Position numbers and translations under genes: made by a program
NCBI GenBank assembly: GCA_049516595.1
Contig: JBEKSY010000013.1
Span: forward strand, 11,475-75,474
Direction of reading: 5' to 3'
Origin: Anaerolineales bacterium
GTDB lineage: Bacteria; Chloroflexota; Anaerolineae; Anaerolineales; RBG-16-64-43
Length of the DNA: 64,000 nucleotides
The notes under the pieces: generated by a model
The model's database searches: none
Told to the model about the DNA's origin: nothing
What the model saw: only the letters and a program-made list of their open reading frames with translations
Shown: one piece after another, positions 48,635 through 59,110 of the stretch
How the letters are laid out: every line of letters begins with the position of its first letter
Numbering within the stretch: the stretch's first letter is position 1

Positions 48635-49202
48635 CGAGTCTCTTTTCAGGCAGGCTTCATCCGCCGGCGAGAACGGGGGCTTGCCCTGGATTGGACGGGG
48701 AGGGTTATTGCGGAATTGACCTGTCGCGATTCCATGCTAGAGTCGCCTACCGATGACATCTCCCCTAACGAATCTCTCCTCCGTTCAAGCCCACCGGGGG
48801 CTTCCCGGGGAGGGGATCGTCGCCCTGCCGCGCAACTCCTCGTCTGGCTATCGCCTGCTCGCTTCTCGCGGACAGTGTCCAGGCTGAACATGGCCATGAG
48901 TCGCACAGCCTGCACAGGGCCGAGTGCGACGCCTGAGCGCGTTGCTCGGGCCACCCCCGGTGCGGCGCAGGGAGCCAGTGGGGTGTTGACTCGCCTCCCC
49001 ATTATGCCAGCAGGGGACCCCTTGTGGCGAATCGGGAGAGGATCTGCCGGGGTTCACCGCTTGGCTGCCCTTGGTCAGGGTAATCCCTCCGCCTTGGCCC
49101 GGGACTGGCTTTCCTTGAATCTGCTCTTCGCCGCACGATCGCAGCCGAGGCGAACTGGAGCGGCCGAATGGTAGCGCAGGGGGAGGGTCTTCGCGTCACT
49201 TT

Positions 49203-49216
49203 TGCAAATGATTCCA
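49203..49216. promoter_or_regulatory. Candidate LacI-family operator
   Basis: TGCAAATGATTCCA resembles TGnAAnCGnTTnCA; overlaps a CATAAT -10 box upstream of a sugar-binding protein gene. Confidence 0.5.
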
Positions 49217-49264
49217 TAATCCAAGTCCTAGCGACATGACCCTCTTTCGCAAAGGAGGAATGTG

Positions 49265-50515
49265 ATGAAGACGAGACTGTCCTTGGCCCTCGGCGCTCTG
49301 GTCGCCGCGGCCCTGCCTCTTGCCGGTTGTGCGCCCCAGATAGCTCCTACCCCGACCGAAGTGAGCGCCCCGATTCCGACCGCGACCCCTCAGCCCACGC
49401 TGCAGGGCAAGATCACGCTGTGGCATGCCTGGACGGATCCGGAGATCGAGAGCCTGAATGAAGTGATCAAAGGATTTGAGGCGGACTATCCCCAAGTGAG
49501 CTTTGAGGTTCTGTATGTTCCCGTGAACGACTTGCAAGGCAAATTCGTGACGGCTGCCCCTACAGGCGGCGGGCCGACCATAGTAATTGGGGCGCAGGAC
49601 TGGGGGGCCCCTTGGTTTGACGCCAAGCTAATTGCGGATCTGACGGACCTTGTACCCCCCGGTTTACTTAGTTCCCTAAACCCCACCGCGCTGGAAGCGG
49701 TCAAGTACCAAGGGGCTCTGATCGGCCTTCCGGAGACCATCAAGGGTGTCTTGCTTTTCCGCAACAAGAGAATCATCAACACCGCACCGGCCAGCTTCGA
49801 TGAGCTGGTCAAGACGGCAAGAGCTGCCACCAAAGGTGGGGTGGTTGGCGCGGACCTCGAATATGGGCTGTTCTACTCGGCGGCCAACTTGACCTCGGCG
49901 TGCGGCGGCCGGCTCGCCGATAACCAGGGCAAGCCAGCCTTCAACACCGACGCAGGGGTCTGCTTCCTTCAGTTGCTCACCAAATTCAAGACGGCCGGAC
50001 CAGTTGAGAACAATACCGACAATGATGTCAACGCCTTCAAGGCGGGCAAGGCCGGCATTATCATCGACGGCTCCTGGAACACCTCCGCCTTGGCCCAAGC
50101 CGTGGGCACGACCAACCTGGCCATCGACCCGTGGCCTAGCTACGGATCGGGCAAGCTGTCAGGGTACCTGCAGACCGAAAACCTCTATTTGAACGCTCAG
50201 GCCAGCGGAGATGAGCGGCAAGCGGCTCTGGCCTTCATGCAGTACTTCCTTTCGCCCGAGTCCCAGAGACTCCTGGCGGATCCGACGAAGGCAGGTCACG
50301 TGCCCTCGGTAGCCGGGGTAGATATTGCGGATCCGCTAATGCAACAGGAGGTCGCAGCCTTTGCAACCAGCGTAATCTACCCGGCGCAGATCTGGACCGA
50401 TTACGCCGATCCGCTCAACAACGCGATCAAGAAAGTCGTGACAGCGAATGCAGATCCCCGGGCTGCCCTCAAGGAAGCGGAAGACGCGGTGAACCGGAAG
50501 ATCGCAGGCGGCTAA
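49265..50515 (+). CDS. Sugar ABC transporter substrate-binding lipoprotein (MalE-like)
   Basis: Lipobox LAGC, ITLWH, GGGP, FKAGKAGIIIDGSW; AGGAGG RBS. Confidence 0.9.
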   Translation: MKTRLSLALGALVAAALPLAGCAPQIAPTPTEVSAPIPTATPQPTLQGKITLWHAWTDPEIESLNEVIKGFEADYPQVSFEVLYVPVNDLQGKFVTAAPTGGGPTIVIGAQDWGAPWFDAKLIADLTDLVPPGLLSSLNPTALEAVKYQGALIGLPETIKGVLLFRNKRIINTAPASFDELVKTARAATKGGVVGADLEYGLFYSAANLTSACGGRLADNQGKPAFNTDAGVCFLQLLTKFKTAGPVENNTDNDVNAFKAGKAGIIIDGSWNTSALAQAVGTTNLAIDPWPSYGSGKLSGYLQTENLYLNAQASGDERQAALAFMQYFLSPESQRLLADPTKAGHVPSVAGVDIADPLMQQEVAAFATSVIYPAQIWTDYADPLNNAIKKVVTANADPRAALKEAEDAVNRKIAGG

Positions 50516-50950
50516 ACAAGCTTGCCCATTCCGGATTCCCGATCTGAAAGTCCAGGTTCGCCGCAGGCCGACTTCTCCTTGGGCCCAGGCGCGGCGGGGG
50601 TTTGGCCACCGCTGAACGAGACGTCTTGCCCGGGCAGTCAGACCCTTGCAAGAGGCTCCCGAACCGGATCCAGAGCCCGATCCGCCCTTGGTTGGACCCT
50701 CGGGCCCAGGCGACAACTTCTCGGGGGATGGCGCTCGAGGCTAGAAGGACCCCCAGGAGCGCGCCTCCTGCTCGTCCTGGTATCTGGCTACAGACGTCAA
50801 AGACTCCCACGAATCCGGGCAAGGCAACCGAGCCTGGCCTCTCTTCCAGGACACCCCGAGGGCCGGGGGCGGCCCTGGGAGAAGTTTCCTGATCCCCTCT
50901 GAACGTGAGGTGATGCGACCAGCCCCTTTCTTCTGACAGCCGCGATCAGT

Positions 50951-52159
50951 TCAGGCTCTCTGACGTTGGGCGAGGATCAGAACAAGGATTCCGCATCCGG
51001 TGAGGACGGCTGAGGTGGGGAAGATCGCGAGCAGTCCGATTCTTGTGATGACGCTCCCCAGCCCCGGCCCCAACGCTGTGCCCAGGTTGAGCGGGAGATA
51101 GGCAAAGGCCATCACCCGTCCACGCCCTTCGCTCGCGACCGAGCCGGAGAGCACGCTGAAGGAAAGGGCAAAGACTGAGGAAGCCACGCCGTTGAGGGCC
51201 GTCCAAGCGACGTCGAAGGAGAGAAAGCTGCTCGCCAGTCCTGGGATCGGCCAGAGGAACACCTCGACCAATGCGGCATGCAAGAGCACCTTCCAATGGC
51301 CCAGGCGATCCGCTGCCGCGCCCAGGATGGGGCTAATCAGCAGCGTGAGGAGTGCACCGGCGCCCATCACCACGCCCACCGTGGTGGCCGGATGGCTTCC
51401 CCCGCAGAGTCGGGTGACCAACAGGGGCACATAGGTGAAGGAAAGTTGCCATCCTGCCAAAAGAAGAAAGAGCGCGGGAAACAGGGCCCTCAAGCGAGGG
51501 GATCGGCTGATCACCTCCAAGGAGCCAAGTGCCATGGAGAGGAGGGCTCCCTCGTCTTGGGCTTGGAACCAGTCGCGATAGCCCCGACTCAGCGCCAGAA
51601 TGACCAGCGCCATCAGCCCGACATCGACGGCAAGTAGCGATCGGAATCCCAACGAGTCGACAACGGGCCCTCCCAGGAGAGGCCCGACAAATGCTCCCAC
51701 GGGCGAAGCGCTGTTCATGATCGAAAAGGCCAAGCCGACCCTGCCGCTGGGAACGCTTTCCGAGAGGGTGGTCATCATCCGCCCGCTGTTCCCCAGGGAA
51801 AGGCTTTGGATAGAACGGGCGATCACATAGATCCAGATATTGCCGGCGAGCAAGGCCAACAAACCGGCGACCAGGTGCGCGAAGAAGGAGCGCACAATGA
51901 TCGGCTGCCGAGAGTAACGGTCGGCGAGAGCGCCGCACAGGGGCAGAAAGGGGATGCCCACGGCACCCGCAATCGCCACGCTGGCGCCAACCCAGAACGC
52001 CAATTCCTGCTTAGCCACACCCAAGTGGGGCAGGTAGATCGGCGTGAAAGCATTTAGGTGACCCCAGAACACGGTCTCGAGGAAACCAGCGAAGGTGAAG
52101 AGGAAAAGGACCCAGATCCACGAGGCCCGGAGGTCTTTGCGCCCAGCAACTATTCGCAC
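50951..52159 (-). CDS. MFS transporter
   Basis: About 12 hydrophobic segments; GALADRYSRQ and GAAADRLG motif A copies. Confidence 0.88.
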   Translation of the reverse strand: MRIVAGRKDLRASWIWVLFLFTFAGFLETVFWGHLNAFTPIYLPHLGVAKQELAFWVGASVAIAGAVGIPFLPLCGALADRYSRQPIIVRSFFAHLVAGLLALLAGNIWIYVIARSIQSLSLGNSGRMMTTLSESVPSGRVGLAFSIMNSASPVGAFVGPLLGGPVVDSLGFRSLLAVDVGLMALVILALSRGYRDWFQAQDEGALLSMALGSLEVISRSPRLRALFPALFLLLAGWQLSFTYVPLLVTRLCGGSHPATTVGVVMGAGALLTLLISPILGAAADRLGHWKVLLHAALVEVFLWPIPGLASSFLSFDVAWTALNGVASSVFALSFSVLSGSVASEGRGRVMAFAYLPLNLGTALGPGLGSVITRIGLLAIFPTSAVLTGCGILVLILAQRQRA

Positions 52160-52475
52160 CTTTCAGCCGATTGACCATCAAGCAATGGGGAGGCCTGAGA
52201 GGAAAGCAAAAGGCTCTTGGTTTCAAGCCGGCCAGGATGCAAAGATCGGCCTCCGGTCCTCGATGACGCCTGGCGATCCTGAGGCCCTTGCCATGCAGAC
52301 TTGTTCACTCCGCTCCGGGGCAATCCGGGCCCGCGTGGGTCGCAAATTCTACCCAAGCCGGCATTTGCGGTTGTCGCGCATTGGGAATTCGATTCCGCAT
52401 TGGGTATAATCAGGATTCCCGGAAGCCGGCAGCAAGTGAGCCGAAAGTCCAAAACCAACTAACGGCTGCGTTGCG

Positions 52476-54605
52476 ATGACCCTGCGGTTGGCTCTCTGCT
52501 TTCACCTTAGCCAGGATCTGAGGGAGTACGCCAAGGTTGCCAGCCGAGCTTGCTATCGGGGCTTGCTGGAGGTGCTCCTGTGTCACCCGAGCCTCAAGTT
52601 CAACCTGAGCGTTTCCGGAACACTCATCCACGCTCTGCATTACCTCGATCCGAAGCCTCTGGAGCTGGTCCGCGAAGGCCTGGCGCGGGGACAGTTCCTC
52701 CTACTGGGAAGCACATATTCCCAGAATTTGCTCTTGCCTTCAGATGACTGGGACAACGCCCAACAGATCGGTCTTCAGCGTGCGGCATTGGCCCGGACCT
52801 TTGGGGTGCGCCCGACCGTCTTCTGGAACCCCGAGCGGACTTGGCGCTCGAACTTGGCGCGCCTGCTCCTTTCTTGCGGATACCGATCGGTCCCCATCGA
52901 GAGCCATATCCTGCGAAAGTCCGGGGGATCCCTTCCGGGCAGCTACTCCTATCCGGAAGAGGGCGGGCCTCTGGTCCTGCTCTGGGACGATGAGGTTCTT
53001 CGGGCACGATTCAATTTCGCCACCTGGTTCCACCGACCAGAAAACGTGCTAGCCTATCTCCAGGAGTTGGCTTCGGATCCTCAGGCCCATCGATTTTTCC
53101 CGGTCTATGCTGAGGACGCAGAGGCCATGGGCCTGTGGGGTTATGAGCAAGGGTTGGATCCTCGTGCGGATTGGCAGGGACTGGATAGTTTGCTCACGGA
53201 GATGGAGCGACATCCCGAGTTGGAGCTCAGGCACCTAGGGGACGGTCCTGATCCGGTCGCCACGTTGCCAGAGCTAGCGGAAGGGTGGGCGGAATGGATG
53301 GATCGCGCGTTAGCCAACCCCCAGGCTCCCTACCACGAGGAGGGCTTTGAGGATTGGGAAGATTTCATCAAAAGGTCGCCGAAAATCCAGCGTTTTCGGC
53401 ATGTCTGCGCGGCCGTGCGCAACCGTTTGACCGGTTTGGGCTCAGCGTGGTCTGATCCGGGGTGGGATGGGGGTGAGTCGGGAGAGGGAATTTCCTCGTA
53501 CTCACGCCTCTATCGGATGGCGATCCATACCTTCTGTCTGCACCAGTACCGCTTTGGCTGCGTCGGGATCGGAGCCAAGGGGGACCCGGGGTGGGATGGG
53601 GTGGTATCCAGCCTGGCGATTCTGCGGGGCGCGGAATTCGCCGAAGCTCGTTCCCGCAATGAGAAGTGCCCAACGGCTTCCATCGAGGATGTGACAGGGG
53701 ATGGCGAGGACGAGATCCTGCTCAGTGATGGGCGTCAATTGGCTATCCTCAGTCACTGGGGAGGCCGCCTATTGTATTGGTTCGATCTGAACGATGGCCG
53801 TCAGTTTGTGGGCAATCAACTGGCCGTGCCGGAAGCACGCTTTGTCACCGACGCCCGGCTCCCCGAGTTCCGTCCTGTGTTGACCGACTGGCTCCCGGAC
53901 AATGGATCGGATCCTGCTTCCGCCGAAATGGAGGCCCCTCCCTCAAGGCGAGGCAAGCATCTCCCCGGCTGGCTGATTGAGGAGCTAAAGGAACCGCTCT
54001 CCGTCTGGCCGAGGCCAGTGAAGCTGGCCTTGGGCCAGCCTTTGGCCGCCAGGCGCCGGGCCCTGAATGACTTCATCTCGGTGGAAGGGCAGGAGGCCCA
54101 GGCGGACCCCCAGATGGACTTTCGCCTGGAGGGAGACCGCGTGAGTTTTCTCAGGTTCTTTGGCTACCGCCTCGAGATGACCAAACAAGTCCGCCTAACC
54201 CCGGATGGACTGCGGGCGACGTATCGATTCCTCAACCGCGATGACACCTCGCGGAGCATCCAACTGAGGGTCGTTTCAGAGTTCTGCCCTGACCTGGAGG
54301 CGCTGGTTCAATCTCCCCAGGCCAGCCTGCAACCCATTCTGTTGGGAAGGAATCGTCCCGGAGTGGTCAACACCATCACGCAAACAGCGATCGTGGTCCA
54401 GGCCTCGCGCCCGACGACCGTAGCTCCTGATTTCGCGCATGCTCTCCTGGCCATCGAGGTGGGCTTGCGGTTCGATCTGCTTTTAGAGCCCAGGAGAGTC
54501 GAAACGCTAACGGTCAGCCTGCGCATCCATTCCTTACACCAACAGGATGTCCTCGATCGAGCCTTCCGTAGGGTCACGGGCGGGACGGAATCTTGGCCGA
54601 GATGA
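52476..54605 (+). CDS. GH57 family alpha-amylase / 4-alpha-glucanotransferase-like protein with C-terminal beta-sandwich
   Basis: SVSGTL, WNPERTW (nucleophile Glu region), EDAEAMG (acid/base region), EDVTGDGEDEILL...GGRL. Confidence 0.75.
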   Translation: MTLRLALCFHLSQDLREYAKVASRACYRGLLEVLLCHPSLKFNLSVSGTLIHALHYLDPKPLELVREGLARGQFLLLGSTYSQNLLLPSDDWDNAQQIGLQRAALARTFGVRPTVFWNPERTWRSNLARLLLSCGYRSVPIESHILRKSGGSLPGSYSYPEEGGPLVLLWDDEVLRARFNFATWFHRPENVLAYLQELASDPQAHRFFPVYAEDAEAMGLWGYEQGLDPRADWQGLDSLLTEMERHPELELRHLGDGPDPVATLPELAEGWAEWMDRALANPQAPYHEEGFEDWEDFIKRSPKIQRFRHVCAAVRNRLTGLGSAWSDPGWDGGESGEGISSYSRLYRMAIHTFCLHQYRFGCVGIGAKGDPGWDGVVSSLAILRGAEFAEARSRNEKCPTASIEDVTGDGEDEILLSDGRQLAILSHWGGRLLYWFDLNDGRQFVGNQLAVPEARFVTDARLPEFRPVLTDWLPDNGSDPASAEMEAPPSRRGKHLPGWLIEELKEPLSVWPRPVKLALGQPLAARRRALNDFISVEGQEAQADPQMDFRLEGDRVSFLRFFGYRLEMTKQVRLTPDGLRATYRFLNRDDTSRSIQLRVVSEFCPDLEALVQSPQASLQPILLGRNRPGVVNTITQTAIVVQASRPTTVAPDFAHALLAIEVGLRFDLLLEPRRVETLTVSLRIHSLHQQDVLDRAFRRVTGGTESWPR

Positions 54606-54618
54606 ACTCCCCCATCCT

Positions 54619-56016
54619 ATGAGCGTCCCCTTCTGGATTCACTCTTCCGTCTTCTACCAAATCTTTCCAGACCGCTTTGCCAACGGCAATCCCGCCCTCA
54701 ATCCGCCAAACGTCCAACCCTGGGGATCTCCTCCAACTCCCCGGGGTTTCCAGGGCGGGAACTTGGCAGGGATCATGCAGAGGTTCGATTACCTCCTTGA
54801 CTTGGGAGTCAACGCCCTCTACTTGAACCCAATCTTCCTTTCTCCTTCCAACCACAGATACAACACCACAGACTATTACCAGCTTGACCCCAAACTAGGG
54901 ACCCTGGAGGATTTTCGTTCTTTGCTCGACCTGGCTCATCGCCACGGCGTGCGGGTTCTGCTGGATGGCGTCTTTAATCACTCCGGACGCGGGTTCTTCG
55001 CCTTTGTCGACTTGCTCGAAAATGAGATGGATTCGCCTTATCGAGACTGGTTCCATGTGAATGGGTTTCCCGTGGACGCCTATGGATCGGGCGAGGCAAC
55101 CAAGTACGAGGCCTGGTGGAACTTCAAGAGCTTGCCCAAGTTCAATATCGCGAACCCGAGAGTCCGTCGCTACCTGCTCGGGGTAGCGCGCTACTGGATG
55201 GAACAAGGCATTGACGGCTGGCGCCTGGACGTTCCCAACGAAATCCCGGACCGCAACTTCTGGTCCGAGTTCCGCGATGTGGTTAAGTCAGTTAACTCAG
55301 ACGCGTATCTGCTGGGGGAGATTTGGACTGTGGACCCCAGCTGGGTAGGCGAACATGCCTTCGACGGGCTCCTGAACTATCCCTTCCGCGATACGGTCTT
55401 GTCCTTCCTGCGAGGCGAGCTTAAGGCGGGCCGATTCGCCAAGCAGCTGGGAACAATCCTAGGTGCCTACCCACGGGAGAATGGCTGGGCGCACTATCTC
55501 CCTCTCGGGTCCCATGACACCCCTCGCCTGCGCACCGTCCTGGGGGACGTCTCCCTCGTTCGGAGTGCCTATCTGCTGCAGTTCTTCTTTCCGGGAGCCC
55601 CCTCGATCTACTACGGGGACGAGATTGGGCTCAAGGGAGGACCGGATCCCGAGTGTCGCGGCTCTTTCCCCTGGGATCGGAAAGCCTGGGATGAGGAATT
55701 GCGCGGGCACGTGGCGGGGTTGGCGCGGCTCCGCAGGTCCGTCCCCGCCCTCCAGGAGGGCGACTTTCTCGTTCTTTGGACGAACGATGCGGACCAAAGC
55801 TTGGCCTTTGGCAGAAGGTCGGAGGCGGGAGCTGCGGCCCTGGTCCTCAACAATTCTGAGACCTCTGTTCAGGTCCGGGTTCCGATATCCGCCATGGGGT
55901 GGGGAAAGGGATCTCTCCTTCGCGAGGCCCTCGGGGGCCGAGAGGTCCAGATCACAGGGGATGAACTCGTCCTTCAGCTCCCCGCCAGGTCGGGGCAGAT
56001 TTTCCTTCCGGCTTGA
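54619..56016 (+). CDS. GH13 neopullulanase / cyclomaltodextrinase-like alpha-glycosidase
   Basis: FYQIFPDRF, DGVFNH, GWRLDV, GEIW, SHDT, YYGDE. Confidence 0.93.
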   Translation: MSVPFWIHSSVFYQIFPDRFANGNPALNPPNVQPWGSPPTPRGFQGGNLAGIMQRFDYLLDLGVNALYLNPIFLSPSNHRYNTTDYYQLDPKLGTLEDFRSLLDLAHRHGVRVLLDGVFNHSGRGFFAFVDLLENEMDSPYRDWFHVNGFPVDAYGSGEATKYEAWWNFKSLPKFNIANPRVRRYLLGVARYWMEQGIDGWRLDVPNEIPDRNFWSEFRDVVKSVNSDAYLLGEIWTVDPSWVGEHAFDGLLNYPFRDTVLSFLRGELKAGRFAKQLGTILGAYPRENGWAHYLPLGSHDTPRLRTVLGDVSLVRSAYLLQFFFPGAPSIYYGDEIGLKGGPDPECRGSFPWDRKAWDEELRGHVAGLARLRRSVPALQEGDFLVLWTNDADQSLAFGRRSEAGAAALVLNNSETSVQVRVPISAMGWGKGSLLREALGGREVQITGDELVLQLPARSGQIFLPA

Positions 56017-56091
56017 GGCAATGCGCTCGACCCCCTGGCATCAGAGAATGTGCCCAGCGACTTCGACCTGCGGAGGGGGAGCCGGCCGCGA

Positions 56092-56976
56092 TTATCGGCC
56101 CGGGCGGAGACCAGCTTGGTTTTCCTCGGCAAAGGTCCGTAAGGCCGCAATGTGCTCATGCGGCGATTTTGGCCCAGCCCCCATCGTATTCAGGGAGACG
56201 CGCGTCGCCCCGAGCGCCTGCCACTGTTCCAGTGTTGCGATCCACTCGGCCGGATTGGCGTCTCCATAAGGGATTCGCACCTCCACCCCAAAATCAGCTC
56301 GAGTCCGGCCCTCCTCCCGCAGGAATCGCTCCAACGTCTCAAGGGTCGGCTTGGAATTCTCGGGAGTGCGCTGGCTGGCCATCCAACCGTCCCCAATTCG
56401 CGCGGCGCGCCGAAGGGCAGGCTCGGCGTATCCCCCAAGCCAGATTGGAATGGGTCGCTGGACCGGAAGAGGATTGAGGCCGGCGCCTTCGATGGTGTGC
56501 CATTTCCCATGAAAATCGACGAGCGGATGGGTCCATAGCTCGCGAAGGACGGCCACCTGCTCCTCGATCCTTCGACCGCGGTTATGGAAGTCCTCACCCA
56601 AAGCGGTGTATTCCACGCGGTTCCATCCCAGGCCGACCCCTAGTCGCAAACGCCCAGCGGAAAGCACATCCAAGGTTGCTGCCTGCTTTGCAACGAGTGC
56701 CGTCTGCCGCTGTGGAAGAATGAGTATGCCCGTTTCAAGGACAAGAGTTCGGGTATGGGCCGCCATATGGGTGAAGAGAACAAAGGGCTCGAGAAAGGGA
56801 TCACGAAATGTGTACGCGCCAGTCCAGCCCTCGGGGCGATCGGGATTGGCCCCCAAGACGTGATCGAAGGCTACCACGTGCTGGTAGCCTAGGCCTTCCG
56901 CGGCCTGCGCAAAGTCTCGAATCGCAAGCGGGTCCTGGCCGAAGTCCGTCTGAGGAAATACAGCCCCAATCTCCAT
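56092..56976 (-). CDS. LLM class F420-dependent oxidoreductase
   Basis: AEGLGY..DHV, LILPQRQT..VAKQAATLD.LS.GR..LGVG.GW, RAARIGDGW. Confidence 0.9.
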   Translation of the reverse strand: MEIGAVFPQTDFGQDPLAIRDFAQAAEGLGYQHVVAFDHVLGANPDRPEGWTGAYTFRDPFLEPFVLFTHMAAHTRTLVLETGILILPQRQTALVAKQAATLDVLSAGRLRLGVGLGWNRVEYTALGEDFHNRGRRIEEQVAVLRELWTHPLVDFHGKWHTIEGAGLNPLPVQRPIPIWLGGYAEPALRRAARIGDGWMASQRTPENSKPTLETLERFLREEGRTRADFGVEVRIPYGDANPAEWIATLEQWQALGATRVSLNTMGAGPKSPHEHIAALRTFAEENQAGLRPGR

Positions 56977-57442
56977 GCTTGTCTCCTTCTCCTCAAGGGG
57001 GTTCCCCTGTTGCCTGCAGGGTACCACCTCCCTCCCAGGCTCGCTCAACCGCAAGAGCTTCCTTTCTGATTTCGTCAACCGGCCCCGCTTGGCCGAATGG
57101 AGAGCGTCCATCGGCCCGTCTGGGGAGGCCGGCAAGAAATATGCACCCCTAGAGAGTGTCCTGGGGGCAAGTGCCCCTCTTGTGGCATTCGGGACCAGCG
57201 GGTGGGGCGCCGTGCACAAGCACAAAGAAAGGGCATCTTGACTGCCCTCCGCGGAGGGCTTATTATGCGCCGGATGACCTCTGCCTGGGCTTGCCCCCCT
57301 CAAGTCTGGTGCGGAGGCCATCGATTCATGGGCCGACGGCAAGATACTTGCTAGTTGCTCCTTCAAGCTGGGCGCCTTACAATGGGATCAAGTGAATAGC
57401 CCACTGGGGGGCATAGCTTAATTCATACAGGGCCTCTTCCCC

Positions 57443-58408
57443 GTGAATCATCCGTCCCAGAATCGCCAGGCGATTGAAGCGTTCAGCGATCTCTTCGCGC
57501 CCACCGATGTTCAAGTTGCCGAAGAGAAAAAGTCTTGCCCCAATTGCGGCAAGGTGATCCTTGCCGATTCGCTCTATTGCCCGTTTTGCGAGCATGATCA
57601 GAGCCAACCCGCTCCGCTTTCCCCCGAGCAACAGCCCGGATTTCACTTTGCGGCCTTGGAAGTGTTCGCCTCGCTGGTGCTGCTCGACCTAGGCTTGCCC
57701 GTTCTGTTTCTCCTTGTGCTCCAGCCCTTCGGCGGGCATGAGATCGTCGTCGCCGCTGCCGGGGCCTTGTGGCTGGCCTTCAAAGTCCTTCTGGCGAGGC
57801 GGGTTGTGGAGGCTCGATCTCCGCAGGGCGCGCCCTCCTTCTGGAAGGCCTCCGGCCTCTTCCTCATGTCTCTTCTCCCAATCGCCTCATGGGTGGCCAT
57901 TGGGCTTGCCTCACGAAAAGTGGCCTCGGCCAGGGCGGCACGCTACACCCTTCCCGCCCTAGCTGTCATGCTGCTCCTGCTTGATTTGGGGTTCGCCGCA
58001 AATCGAATCCCTATCAGCGATGGCACGCGGCTGCTTTCGGCTCTCTCGACCCGTCCGCTGTTATCGTCCCCCGCTCTAACCCCCGGGCGAAACTCTGGCT
58101 CAGCGGCGCTTACGCCCACCCCCGCCGCGACTTGCCGGAGCGTTCAGGCCATCACGCTTGAGGATGTGGGAAGTACTCTCTGCGTTCGCGGAGTCGTGCG
58201 CGCCGGCATCGGCACGGGTGGGAACTATTACGTGTCCTTTGGCACGGGTGCGAATGACTTCTACATGGTGGGCTACGACTGGCCAGACTGGCCAGGCAGT
58301 GGCGTCAACCCGGGGGATTGTCTCCAGGTGACGGGTCAGATCGAGCAAGTGGGATCCGCTCCCGTCATGGTGGTGGAGCTTCCGGATCTGAAGCAGCGCT
58401 GCCCATAG
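57443..58408 (+). CDS. Hypothetical membrane protein: zinc ribbon, 4 TM segments, C-terminal OB-like domain
   Basis: CPNCG...CPFC; hydrophobic core; C...VG...CVRGVV...GDCLQVTGQI. Confidence 0.65.
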   Translation: MNHPSQNRQAIEAFSDLFAPTDVQVAEEKKSCPNCGKVILADSLYCPFCEHDQSQPAPLSPEQQPGFHFAALEVFASLVLLDLGLPVLFLLVLQPFGGHEIVVAAAGALWLAFKVLLARRVVEARSPQGAPSFWKASGLFLMSLLPIASWVAIGLASRKVASARAARYTLPALAVMLLLLDLGFAANRIPISDGTRLLSALSTRPLLSSPALTPGRNSGSAALTPTPAATCRSVQAITLEDVGSTLCVRGVVRAGIGTGGNYYVSFGTGANDFYMVGYDWPDWPGSGVNPGDCLQVTGQIEQVGSAPVMVVELPDLKQRCP

Positions 58409-59110
58409 GCGAGGGTCACCATCTCGAGGTGCTTCCGGCCAGGCCCTGGCGGATGACCCCTCCCAACCGGGTGGACCGGGATAGTTCGTCTTCCCTTGCA
58501 GAATCCGCCTTTCCCTTCCTGAACGTTCGTCGAGAAGGACAAGTTCGGCCAGCCAGCCAGGGTGAAACGGCGGCCAATGACCACGCCGGCTCCACCTCTC
58601 CGCACCCCGGCCTCGCGGCATTGCACCCCGATGTCACATGCCTGACTTGCCCTGTTCTTGTCTGCGACATTCCTTCTTGACCGTGTGCGAATCGCCTCAG
58701 TAGAACGACGTCTTCGCGAGGGCGTCGTGTCACCCTCCCGGACTCAACGGAAGCGGGTCCTTCGAGCAAAGGGCCGGGCTGTCGGGGACCTACACGCTGG
58801 GATACTTACGAATCTGGAAACTTAGACCAGCATGCTCGTCGGATGGGCCCCGGCCTGCCAGAGGGAAATTCGGTCCCAGCCCCAGTGGCTTCTCCGGAGG
58901 GGACCATTCGACTGTCCTTCTGCGGGTGTCGGCCTAGACGCGTCTTTGTCCAGCTCGGCGGTCGCTGCCGGGCGAAAGAGATCGCGGTCCACTGGAAAGG
59001 TGCGCGGAGGGACCCGCGGCGAATAGAAAAGGTCGTGAAACCGGACAGGCCGTGTAGTATACTGGCCCCGCGGAATCCAGGTGGACCTTCCTGGCCGAAG
59101 AGGAGGCGCC

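Noticed and set aside
48650-48800. Glycine riboswitch upstream of the lipoate ligase (minus strand GGAGAG...CAGG)
   Set aside because: The CCGAAGG and CTCTCAGG core pairing is not present.
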